A DNA stretch of 62,591 nucleotides from positions 1 to 62,591 of the forward strand of contig JAAILG010001715.1 of NCBI GenBank assembly GCA_012026655.1, in the 5' to 3' direction. The position numbers were made by a program, and so were the translations under genes. The notes under the pieces are model-generated. The model made no database searches. It was not told the origin of the DNA and worked only from the letters and a program-made list of their open reading frames with translations. This document shows positions 43,436 through 62,591 of the stretch, in pieces. The stretch comes from Hydrolagus affinis (lineage: Eukaryota). Within the stretch, counting starts at the first letter, position 1; every line of letters begins with the position of its first letter.

Positions 43436-45534
43436 TAGTACGGAAATGATTGGGTCATCCATGTGGAACCAATGGGAGTATTTTGAAAATGCTGCCCTCA
43501 AATTTACCATTGGGTCGAGCGCTGGGGATGCGGGGAAAATCATAGACTGCGATAGTGTTAAAACTACAGACACTGTGGTTCAGTTCTATTGACCCAAGCT
43601 AACCATGCAGTCAGGTTATATCCACAAACACAACAGATCGGAGCTTAACTGAGCAACACTAATATTCCTCTCACTGTTTCCTTCCAACAGAGTACAAATT
43701 GCAGCTGTAAATCACCACCGATAGTTCCTTCTCACTTGTGGGCTGTGAGGAAGTGTCCAATACAATACAGTAGTTGCTGGAGCCGAACCAGCGGGTTGTG
43801 CAACGGGGGAGAATGAAACCAGCCCAATCGGGGTGGGGGGGGAAAGGGAAGAGGATTGTGGAGCCCGGCGTTAGTCTCAGAGTTGGAACCCTGCCAGCAA
43901 AATGAAGGTTGATTTGAAAACGCTATAGAATAACTTTGCAATGCAAACACAGTCTGTGCATAGATGTGAAGATCAAAGTGTTAACCAGAGCAACTGAGCC
44001 ACAAAAAAGGAGGGGGCTGGAGAGTGCTAAGAATTCCTCATGCGATCTCTTCCAAAGAGCTTAATAATAATAATAATGATCCTTGCATTTGATATAGAGT
44101 TTTATCACGTCGTTGAGATGCCTCAAAGCGCTTCACAAAATGTACTAGAAAGTGAATTGACTTGGCAGCTAATTGTGCACAGCACTGTTCCATAAACAGT
44201 TGTGGTTTGAGCTTACATTTGTGTCTGTTTTTACAGTTGAGAATTTGATGTTACAACTTCACCACATGTGCAAATGATTATTCCTCCCCTCTAAACCAAT
44301 TGCATCATTAAATTATATTAATCAATATTATTATTAATTGCTATTGCAATCTGACACACAGGCATCGTTTTAAAAATGACTTCAACAAATCTGTGAGCTG
44401 CGCTGAGTGACACGACTGCAATTTATTTGAGAGAAGCAGAGGCAATTTTGTTTCTCAAAAAAAAGGAAGCTGTTATACAACAGGCAATACACAAGAAAGC
44501 ATCTTGGAAGAGGGCCCTAAATAGTTTAACATTTTGTATCCCACTTGTTATGTAAAGGAATGTATATAAACTGCTGGCTTGAAACCCCGGAACTAGGCTA
44601 ACAGACACTCAGAAAGCAACGTGTCAGCTGACAGCTGTAACTACTATTGTTCGAGCTTGACTACTCAAATACAATGAAACAATACATGGAGTCTTTTCAA
44701 TGATGAATGGCCCTTTTTTCTGCCACGGAGATTCGAGTAGATTACAAATGGCGATTCGCATTTTATTTAATCACAGCGGCCCGCGGGGAGAATTTAATCA
44801 GAGATTGGAAGCATCTTGTGATTGCATTCTGCGCCTTACACAGCATAGCCGTGAAAGAGAAAGGGAAAGAGTACAGGGATAATGAGAGTACATTTTTAAG
44901 ATTAATAATAATGATCCTTGCATTTGATACAGCATCCCTGAGACATCTCAAAGCTCTTCACAGAATATATTGTGAAGTGAAGTGACTGTGTATTTTGTGG
45001 GTAAAACAATAATAAGAAGAAGATTGGTCACTAATACACAGGGATCAAGAGAATGCAGAAATCTTGCAATACCCTTCACTAAAGGCTTTCAGAGAGTCTG
45101 TATCCTGGCAGTAACAGGTAATATTGACACTGAAATATTCCATTTAAAGCCAGTGCACATCTTCACTGGGATCTGGGGATGGATCACCTACATTTCCATT
45201 GAAGTTTAATGCTGTAAGTTTACAGAGTAAAAATGTCCAGTGTCAATCATAGCAAGCAATACAAACATTGACATGGCTGATTTAGATATTGATAGCCGTA
45301 TTTCTCTTCTAACCTTTCAGACCCGCAACTAACCCCTAACCTTTCGAATGCAGCATTTCGCCCAAATAATATATTCAGTATATACTGTATATTCTGTGAA
45401 GTGCTTTTAAGACGTCTCGAAGATGTGATAAGGCACTATATTAAATACAAAGATTATTTTTTACGGTTTCTCAGCTAGTTTCACTTCCCTCATTCATACC
45501 GGCTCCCAGTACTTCATCACATTAACACTTCAGA

Positions 45535-45775
45535 ATCCTGTAGTCCCATGGAGCTCAGTGGTTAGAGCACTCACTTCACAAGCGAGAGACCTGAGGTTGA
45601 TTTCCAGGGAAAACTTGGGCAAGTTTCCTCATTCCACATGGCTGATAATAATCCCTCAAGAAAAAAAGCAATAACAAATTGATCATTTCAATTCACGATC
45701 AATTGGCCGCTGCGTTTTGCCCTAGAAAATGTGAAAAACACTATATGAAATGCAAGGATTATTATCATTAGTATT
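45535..45775 (+). mobile_element. Diverged tRNA-headed SINE
   Basis: agctcagtggttagagc head, deleted body, tgcaaggattatt tail. Confidence 0.7.
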
Positions 45776-46074
45776 AATCTCTTCCTGTAACCTGACCATG
45801 AAAAAGATTAGATACATTGCGATAAAGGTTTCTTCAAATCAGTAATAAATGTAATTTCAACCCATAACATATGAGAGTTGCCTGGAACGGCACCAGATGA
45901 AAGTAATTTTTATTAATGGAAGCAAAATACTCCACCTTAAATGCAGTCCAAAGGACTGGTCTCTCTGCAGTGCCTCACCCAACTCATGGAATGGTATCTG
46001 AAGTGCACTAAAAATAGAATTTAGCTATATATACACAGAAACAGCTGAATTCTTGCTGTTTGAACAAACATATG

Positions 46075-46270
46075 GTGGCAGCTTGATTCACTAGCACTCT
46101 AGACTAGGTTTGAAAGCTGTGGGTTCAATGCCCCATGTCAGGGACTTGAGTTCACAGTCTCGACTAATGCTCCAGTGCAGTATGGAGGGAGGGAGTGGGG
46201 GAAGCCAATGCATTAGTAGTGGAGGTACCATCTTTTAGTTGAAATGTTAAAACGACATCCTATCCAGGTA
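46075..46270 (+). mobile_element. Ancient DeuSINE-like copy
   Basis: gggttcaatgcccc...ccagtgcagtatggagggag...gaggtaccatcttt...atgttaaaac. Confidence 0.5.
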
Positions 46271-47204
46271 TGTAATTAAAATGTCCTCTTTACCTACAAG
46301 TCTACAGTCACTACACATGACAGCAATTCTTTGTGAAACATTTGAAGACAATTCAAAGTTACATGTCACATCAAATGCAAACATTACAATATACAGAGGC
46401 AAATGATAGCCAGTAATTTCCTTGCCCTGTGTGCTTACCAAACAAACTCACTAATTGCGGTGCTGCAGATTTACAACCAAGTTCATGAAGATAACCGTAG
46501 CAAATATACATGGGTTAAAAAAAACACTAACTTCTTAAGAAACAAAATGCAAATGTATATTAATGGTACATTGGAAAAGGCTGTTGTAACAGCTGGAAAG
46601 TGAAACTAAGTAAACAATAAACTTCTTATAAACACTTCAAAGGCAGTCAGATAGCATTAGTGCTAAAACAGAGCATTCCAGGCACACTTGCACTCTATGA
46701 AACTGTCTTAACTTTGCAGATCTTAACATAAAAAGAAGATTTATTACATGTTGTGAACTATCCTCCTATAGCTGTACAGGCTGAAACGAATGTTGTTAGT
46801 ATTGCCACATGGTGACCAGATTGTATTGACTCCACTACATAAATCCTATCAACTTGCAGTTCAGCCCTTGTTCTTGTGTTCTCAGTACTCAGGCATCAGT
46901 GCCAACACGCTGTGCCAAGAAAAGGGATCTGATTTGATTCAACTGAACTATTGATGTGAAACAATGACTCACAGTACACTAATGGTCATGTGCTGCCATC
47001 TTTTCATTCACAATAAACTGGATATTCTATTAAAAGTTTATAATGCTCTATCGGGCCCAATATCGAAAGGTAAAAACAGAAGCACGAGAGGCATCAAATG
47101 AGTTAAGTTAATCCCGAAAAAAAGATTGTCTTCAAAACACAATCCAGCAGTTGAGCATTTCGTTCTCCACTTCAAGTTTCCGCACTGACATAAATAAGTA
47201 AATG

Positions 47205-47905
47205 TGATCGTAGAGGCATTGAATGCTACAGCACGGAAGGAAGCCATTCAGCCTATCGTGCAAAGTATTTGCTTTTTGAAAGAGTGACCCAACTAGTCCC
47301 ACTCACCAGCTCTTTCCCCAATGTTTTCATTTTGTTTTCTTTTCAAGTACATATTCAATTCCTGTTTGAAAGTTACTATTGAATCTGCTTCCACCCTCTT
47401 TTAGGTGTGCATTCCAGATCAGAACAACTCACTGTAGGTTCCGTCAATATGGAAATTTTCCGATATCGATATATTGGTAGGCTCATATCGATATATACCG
47501 ATATATTGATATATACCGATATATCGATATCACCAGTTTTTTTAATCCTGTGTATGCGCGTGCATTTGGAGGTGCGTGCGTATTCGGAGGTGCGCGCGCA
47601 TTCCGGTGTGCGCACTCATTCCGATATGCGTGCTCTAGGCCCAGGAGGCTTGCAATGCTGGCGACAAGGTAAGTTGAAAAAGTTTTATAATATACCGATA
47701 TAATCGATAAATCGCTGGACACTATATACCAATGTTTTGCGATATACCGATTTTTTTTATACCGAATTTTTCGATATACCGATATATTCAAATTTGCAAT
47801 ATCGGCATATCGTTATGAAAAATTATACCAATATAACCAATATATCGATATATTGCTGGACACTTACTCACTGCATCAAAAAAAAGTCTCCTCATCTTCC
47901 GTCTG
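47205..47905. mobile_element. Old CR1-like LINE 3' remnant interrupted by the hAT MITE
   Basis: acagcacggaaggaagccattcagcc...gcattccagatcagaacaactcactg|catcaaaaaaaag resembles antisense CR1-type 3' ends; recalled family resemblance only. Confidence 0.45.
47435..47865. mobile_element. Non-autonomous hAT-type MITE, copy 2
   Basis: Perfect 8-bp TSD ACTCACTG (47427-47434 and 47866-47873); collinear with copy 1. Confidence 0.85.
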
Positions 47906-50900
47906 GTTCTTTTGGCAATAGGGTACAGGGTACATGGTGAGGGTTACATGGGGTGTGGACAATTAGACAATGGAACTGAAGCCACAGCCTGAGGACCTAG
48001 AATTGGACAAACAGGTGGCAAGAGTTTGCAGAAGATACAAAACAACTTCTAACATTAAGACATGAGAATACATTTTAGATAACAGATAATGTTAGATAAT
48101 GGATAACATCTTTGTTCCAATCAGATCCCGTGGTACTCTCAGTCTGGGCTGTAGATTAAAGAGGAATATTCAGGACACAAATCACCCACGTGCTTTAGTC
48201 CAATATTAGTTGGAGAGGGAAGTTCACTACCTATACCTTGTTATCTCTGGGTATAGTATCTTTTCCAACTCCATTGGAGTCACCTGTTAGAGTTGACAGT
48301 GGCAAGACGTATAACAACAACTTGTATTTATACAGCGTCTTTCATGCTGGATAGCGTCCCAGAGCGCAAGACATACAACCACACACACTTGGCCCAATAT
48401 CCCCAAGAGCTGATTGTAAAGTCCTTGTTCTACACTTGGAGCTGTTGGGGGGAATCTAACCAGAGCTTGCGGTTCTGCAGCAAGAAACTTGTAAAAATGT
48501 CTCTTACTTTGTCTCAAAAGCAAAACAGCTGCCCTCCAGCATTAGCAACCCTGTATCGTGTATGAGAGAGAGAGAAAGAGGGAGCGCGCGAGAGTAAATG
48601 TACTCTGCAGAACCTTCCACATTAATAGAGCAATTTGTTTTTGCTTCTCTTTTATTAGTTGGATATACCGGTGTCAAAATGTAACCAGTATACCTGCCAA
48701 CCACCAGTAAAACAATCAGACATTAAACTGTGCAGTTATTTATTGATGTCTTTATGTGCCTTTGACTGGAACATGCATATTCTTGCTCTGAAGTAGTGTA
48801 CCTATTATTTCATGTACTCTTAACAGTACTGCTATACTGTAAAATTAAATAGCAGCAATGACAGTACATCCTTTTAACCACATGGATGAAGGCTATTCGC
48901 CCCCTCCCAGGTTATTTAGCTCACAGCACTCATATCACTTTTCAATCCACTGGCGCCCTCCTTTGGCTACTTCTGACTGTTTCATCCATACAGCTGTACA
49001 ATTGACTTCTTTCAGTTATTCCTTATTTAGGAATCGCACTAAGAAATCCCGTAAATTACTCGCCATTGTCACTTGCCTTTTTTTCAATTAAAAAATCTCA
49101 ATCTTCCACAAAAGGTTATGTCTTCTTATTGCAGAATCAAGCAATTCTTTTTTTTGCTTGAGGAGACTATCCTGGCCTCCTCCACCATTTCACTTTGCCC
49201 CACAAAATACATCTACAGTCACTCCACTTTACAGTATAGCCTGTGTAGTGCTTTGAGATGTCTCGACAACATAATAAGGCGCTATATCAAATGCAAGGAT
49301 TGTTAACATACTTCCAGTAAACTAAGCCTCCCAACAATTTTCCTCTGCAGCGGTAACATAAATCATCGAAAGAACAGCTACTCTACTAACCCCGTCACTT
49401 TATTTCCTTATTAAGCCATTTACAGTTAAAAGCTTGGCTACATTAACATTCATTTGTCATTTTATAGCAGCAAGCTGCAGCTTTGGGTTCATTTACTATT
49501 CAGATATAGAGGTAGACCAATGGTTCAATGTCCAAAAATAGCAGATACAGCTGACAAAAACAGTTTGTAATACACTTAGCATTATTAAAGGCTGTGTAAT
49601 TACCGTGCTTCAGCAGTTTGATGCTAAAAGGTGTTTAAAACCACCCTCATTTTCCCTTGCTGAAGAATGGCCTTAAAAGGTACTAATGGACGGCTGTAAA
49701 TGTGACAAATAAATAAGGAATAGATCACAACCAATGTTATCTGAAACCATATAATGCACCACGGTTAATTGAACAATAAATCAGCACTTGATATATAAGC
49801 AGTTTATCAATCGTAAGTTGCATTGCCCCTAAAGCTTTGTTTTCGATTCAATTGCTTTGAAAAAGAATTGCTATCAAGATGTAACAGTGAATTTGTTTAA
49901 AGACATATATGTATGCTTTCTTAGGACACAGTTTCCAGAGAGGGCAGCAATGTTGATTCAATTTTTTTTCATAATATATCAGCGACTTGTTGCTTTAGCC
50001 AGAACTTGTGGTATCTGGATCATTAATTTGTTGGTTAATAGGAAACTGAGCAGTTATCAGTTACAATCACTTGAGTTGAGCAGCTGTGACCAGTGAAGTC
50101 TGCCAGGAATTAATACGGGTGGGCGGGGGGGTTCCAGCTGTTCATTAAAGTCCATGACCCTCGCCATAGGTACTTTCTACTGAGTGTTTGAGGATGATCG
50201 AAAATTGCTCGAGGACATTAACAGCATTCAGAGTGAATGTCAGCCGCCTAGGTCGCTGAGCAGATGAACGGAAAGTCTGGTAAAATATTGAGAAATAATA
50301 TAGAATCATGAGCTGCGGATCTTCAGCCAGTGATTGGGATGTAAGTGCCCCTTGCAGCGAGTGATACGTCACAGTGAAAACCTCTAGTTAAACTTAATCG
50401 GCACCATTATCCGGTGTGTGGTTTGGCAATCACACTGCAGTGCCCTCTCTTCAATAGAGAATGTTGCTTTTATTCATTCATTCATAATAATCATTACATT
50501 GGAATATAACGTCTTATCACATCGTTGAGACGTGTCAAAAAACACTTCACGAATATAGTGTAGTAAAGCGAATCAACTGTATTTTGTGGGGGAAATAGAA
50601 TGATGAGCGCCAAAGGATCAGACGTTTTGCAGTCATTGAAGTATTTCCCAGGCCATCACTAACACTGGGACCTGCGGAGGATGATCTAGGTTTAGGAGGA
50701 TGGTTTAAACACCCCTTTTGAAACCGTTTTATTTTGAGAAGCAACTTAAATAAACTGTTCGGTTTAACCTGAACAGATAGCGTTGAGTGCTGGGTTCAGT
50801 GTGAAGCTGAACATCATGAAGCTGTTCACTTCATCACTTCCCTCTGCTGCAATGAAGGTTTCCAGATTGGAGTCCTTATCTAAACGGTATTCAGTTGGCA

Positions 50901-53119
50901 GATCATTTTGGTTTGATTAATTTCACCAGATGTCAACAAGGATTAACCCTTAAAGCTTCAAGCGGCATATAAACCCACCAAAAAAAACATTAAAAATGGA
51001 AAAAGCAGAGTTTAAACCTTTATTTGAAGAATTGTGAGGATGGCGGAAATGTTTCTTCAATTGTGTGTGCTTCACTGAGGTGCTTGAATTTATTTATCTC
51101 GCACAACTTCAGCAAATATTTATTGAAGTAAAAAGAAACGGAAAGAAATTGCAACTGTTGAAAATCTACAGTTCAAATCAATAAAAAAAAATCTGAAAGT
51201 GGAAAAAAAAATACATTTAGTGCTTTGGGATTTCAAATTCAACATCGGAACTCAATTTACATCCCTTCTGATGGAAGCCACAAGCATTAATCTATATATT
51301 TTTTCTTTCTTTCAGGTGCTCACTGGCCTATTGTGAATTTTCTCTGTTCCCGCTTATTAAATTAAAAATCCTTATATTCGATATAGCACCTTTGGCAGTC
51401 AAAACATCTCAAAGTGCTCCACAGGATTTCCAATTAAAGTGTAGTGACTGTGTATGTTTGTAGGTACAGCACGGCGATGTCCCACAAATACAGTCAGGAA
51501 GTGTTAACTGATGGAAACTGCACTAAAAATGCAAAAGGACTTCATTTTGAAAGTACTGGTTTTGCCGTCCAAACTCAAGTCTGTGCCCACCTAGCAATGT
51601 CTCACTAAGGTGGGTGGATTGGATGCAGTAACCAAAGATGCATGCCTGCGTCTGCTGGGCATTCGGTGCTTCTCGGGAAAATCTCAATGAGTTTTGCATA
51701 GGATTAAGTTGATCCCCGCTTTCTCTGCCCGCACAAGATCCCTCATACTTGGGCGATGAGCATTAATCCAAAATCTCTGGGGCAAAAATGTGCCATCACA
51801 CGACGAGTTGCTAGTCTCATCACTAGGACAGTGCTACTTGACCCCTCTCCCCTCCCTCCCGCACACACACCCAACAAAATCATCCTTCATACAAAATATA
51901 TTACGGGTGGCTGAAAGCACGACAGATACCAAGGTGTTGATATAGCATTATTTACATTCAGTACATTTTCCAACAAATTATTTCAGGTAACACGCAAGCT
52001 AATTGAAGCTATTATAAATCCAGCAACATGGTCAGGGCGCCGCACAAACGCGAGTCCTTCTTGTGTAAAGGCCGACAACAGATCAGACATTTACGGTTCT
52101 TGGGAAGCTCGGGCTCCGCTTGCCTCAATGAAGAGCAGGAGAAGCAGATCTGTGCACCAGGATGCAATGTCCCCATTGGCTTTTCAGTATAGAAAGCCAC
52201 ACCTTTTTTAATGACCCAGTGAGAAAATCACCAAACCTACCATCAAGTTCCTGCCCTGGATACTTAAACACACACACACACACACCGCAATTTCAGTTAT
52301 TATTATATAGCTACAAGTGCCCTCCCTAGAATGCCATGATAATATTAAAAAGGCAGTTTAGTCTACTGATTTGTTACCTAGCTTCCTATCTTTATTTAGA
52401 GCTGTGTGACCGAATACATTTCCTTTGAACCGACATCTAGTTCTGCAAACTTGACTCCATTCACTCCCGGCTCATCCTAAACTCCCACCTCGGTCCACAC
52501 AACAGCATCTCCTGGGACAATGATACGGAAGGAGAGGTGGGAGGACGATGGGGATGATGACAAATGAGGTGCATCGGACAGAACCGGAGTGAACGGAGGG
52601 CCATCTGCCAGGGCCATCTCACTGTCGATGCTCAGATAATAATACGAAGAGCGCTTTGACAATTACGTGGAAGAAATCATTGTTCCCAAAGCAGCCTCTC
52701 TGCGAACATGCTGCCACATTCAGGTAACGGCCTCCAGTTCCCGTTGTGACTGTTATTTGTCCTAGTGCAGTGCTGCATCAGAACCCAATTCAGCAAAGAA
52801 GTCTCTTATAAACGTTACGCTAGCAAGCACCCAAACCTTCCACAGCAAATACCAGGCGTAAAGAAAAAGCGTTTGGCACTTTGGAAGCTGAGAAGATCGG
52901 TCGTGAATCGAAGGGGAGGCCTAAAGCAAACGCTTAACAGTTCACAGAAGAGAATAAATAGTCTACAAAAGATGTGTTGCGTCACGTCATTTCAACAACC
53001 GTTTTTTAAATGCTCAAGTTTGTAGGAACATCTGCACTTCACCCCGGTCGACGAATCCACGGAATACTCGTGGGCAGGTTGTGCTTGTGTCGATTTAGGA
53101 GGTGAAGAACGGGGTCGGA

Positions 53120-53181
53120 AAGAGAGAGAGAGAGAGAGAGAGATAAAGAGAGAGATAGAGAGAGAGAGAGAGAGAAAGAGA
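53120..53181. repeat. (GA)n microsatellite in probable DPP8 3'UTR
   Basis: About 60 bp of GA repeat. Confidence 0.9.
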
Positions 53182-53803
53182 GTGCGAGCTGCTGTTGAGG
53201 CAGAAATAGATCGCAGTTAAGATTGATTGCTGGAAGCGGATGATCAAACGTCAACTGCTCTGAGGATCTGAGGATCCCACGATGAGTCGCTCAAGGGGGT
53301 CTAAACGTATCGGGCAACATGTGAATTTGGATTATCTATTACTCAGTAAAGATTAGGGTTTGACTGAGACACACACACACGCACGGACACACACACAGAA
53401 AAATTCACTCGTGTGCTTTCTTCAAAAAAGGATCTGCCTGAATGCCCCCGACATTCTTGCGGAAAGCAAAGAGGATTGTGCAACCGTAGACTGAATCCAT
53501 TTAGATTCTTGGCAAAAGTCATCGTCAGGCACTATTAGCAAGATGGAGGGACACCACTTTTTGAGGAGTGGGGGGGGGGGGGGCGGGGGTGGAGTGGGTG
53601 GCGGGGGATGTAACAATGAAGAAGATAAGGAGGAGGAGGAATGTTGTGAGTATTGACAGGAGGGAGGAAAGTACAGCTATCCGTGAGAAGTGGGCTGCCA
53701 TCACTCCCCTGCTACTTATTCGGTTGAGTTACTGGCTGAGATGGGAAATGTACAGAGAGAGAGAGAGAGAGAGGGGGTGGAAGAAACAATCACACGGCAT
53801 CTT

Positions 53804-60895
<7,092 letters not shown>

Positions 60896-61859
60896 CTACG
60901 GTATCAGAGAAAAAACGCTTTTGAAAGATAAATTTGGCTTTCAATGGGAAGAAATAACCTCCTTAACGTACGTTCCCTTTCGTTTCACCTTGACGCACGA
61001 GTCAGTCAAAGGAGGGAAACGTGTGGCTTGTCATTGATATCGCAATCGCTATCGCTGGCGAGCTGTCCCGAGGCTTACATATAATCGCAACATAGTGCCA
61101 CGGCACTTCTGAACGTCGGCGGGTGTCGAAACAATGTTAACACCACTATCTGTGCAGTATAATTAATAATGTATCGACGTTTCTTGTTGTTCTGATCGGA
61201 GAGAAGAGTTCTGTCCTGTTTAATATATATATATTTTAAAAATTAAGTAGTACTTCACGCGATTGATAAAAGATATGATTTACGCAAGTTTCATTGTAAT
61301 TCCACATACGGGTAGGTGAACAACAAAAAATTAGGTGCAATTTTTTTAAAATGTATGAATTTGTTATTAAAATCACTTTAAAGATGTATTCATTTGTTTT
61401 TAAAAATGTATTTTTTTTTAAACTAAAATCACTTTGAAAAAGTATAAATTTTTTGTGATTAAAACCACTTCACGGTGTATTCCGGGAAGCGCGTTGGGAC
61501 GTCTCAGTGACGTGATAAGGCGCCGCGTCGATCGAACGCGAGGACGTTATTATTATTATATTTTTATATTAAAAAACCGAGGTTGTCAAACGGAGGAAAG
61601 CTTTCTGACCGCTTAACCGCTCGGAGCCTGCGGCCAATCAGATACAGGTGGGGGGGTGGGGGGGGGGGTGTGGGGGGGTGCATGTGGGGGCGCTAAATAA
61701 ATGCAAGTTTTTGTTGTTGATGTTTTGGAGAAGAGGAGGAAAACAGAAAAAAGATGAGAATTTCCAGTGACAGAACCAGGTAGGATTAATGGAGTGGGGA
61801 GTGACTCCGGGATGGAGTTGGAAAGTGGGAAGTGACTGGGATACGGTTACGCAGTGGCT

Positions 61860-62300
61860 GCTAGTGATGGTCGAGTGCAGTTTCCGAGAGTCCGTGCGTG
61901 GCTCAGTGTAGACGCTGAGACTCAGTGTCCGCTATGGGGCGGGTTCAGTTTCCGCGAGTGCCTGGTTTAGTGTTGACAGTGTCAGCGTGTGCCAGGGCTG
62001 GTTCACTTTGGCTGCGCCATTAGTGTCTATCAGGCCTTGTTCAGTGCAGGTGCTGAGGTTCAGTGTGTGCCAGGGCTAGTCGAGGGGAGCTGCGGGGAGA
62101 CAGTAATTTGCTATCGGGCTGGTTCAGTGCTGAGGTTCAGTGTGTGCCACAGCTAGTTCAATGTGGTTGCACAATCAGTATCTGCCAGCGCTGGCTGGTT
62201 CAGTGGTTCAGTGTAACTGCTCGCAAAATCTTCGCATCAACCCTGGTTACGCTTGGCTGCGGAATTCGCGTCTCTGCCATGGCTGGTTTAGTGTATCTGC
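61860..62300. repeat. Degenerate minisatellite in DPP8 intron
   Basis: Recurrent GGCTGGTTCAGTG and TCAGTGTGTGCCA units. Confidence 0.6.
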
Positions 62301-62591
62301 CAAGAGCCAGCGTCTTTGACCGCTCGTTCGGCCACCCCTCCTACCCCCGCCCTCCCTGCCCTCCATTATCCAATTCCAAACTTCGCGCTCAGGTCCAAAT
62401 CACTGACCGCCCAGTGCCTTGGGATGTCCTCCCAACCTGAAGGGCATCTGAGGAAACTGATGGGTCTCTGATTCATACATACATAAAACTATTTTAAGCG
62501 CGATCTATATACTATGTACTGTAAATGCAAGTTCTTGTTTTTGCACAATGAAAAGAGACCCCCACCCACCCACCCCCCCCACCAACATTTG

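Noticed and set aside
51019-52396. DPP8 polyadenylation site
   Set aside because: Several minus-strand AATAAA candidates (52391, 51119, 51019); cannot choose without transcript data

Overview
Vertebrate genomic DNA. The repeat content and gene style suggest a cartilaginous fish such as a chimaera or elephant shark (inference). Two spliced protein-coding genes lie on the minus strand. IGDCC4 (Nope; DCC/neogenin subfamily) is complete: I rebuilt 20 coding exons with GT-AG junctions and consistent phases, 11821-42397, 3969 nt = 1322 aa (signal peptide, 4 Ig, 5 FN3, TM, cytoplasmic tail). It has a CpG-rich promoter and a probable ~3.9 kb 3'UTR. DPP8 is partial: its last 13 coding exons (53804-60895) carry an intact Ser/Asp/His triad. 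The order matches the human IGDCC3-IGDCC4-DPP8 cluster, so the left 5 kb may hold the 5' end of IGDCC3. The rest is intron or intergenic DNA with a tRNA-headed SINE family sharing its tail with an L2 LINE, older DeuSINE-like copies, hAT and pogo/Tigger-type MITEs (some nested), a Penelope-type hairpin with a decayed hammerhead-like core, and many microsatellites. Most ORFs in the supplied track are spurious. No new protein-coding system is supported. The most interesting signals are RNA-level: oppositely oriented SINEs bracketing DPP8 exons, a perfect 31-bp SINE-derived hairpin, paired let-7 sites, and repeat-built splice acceptors.
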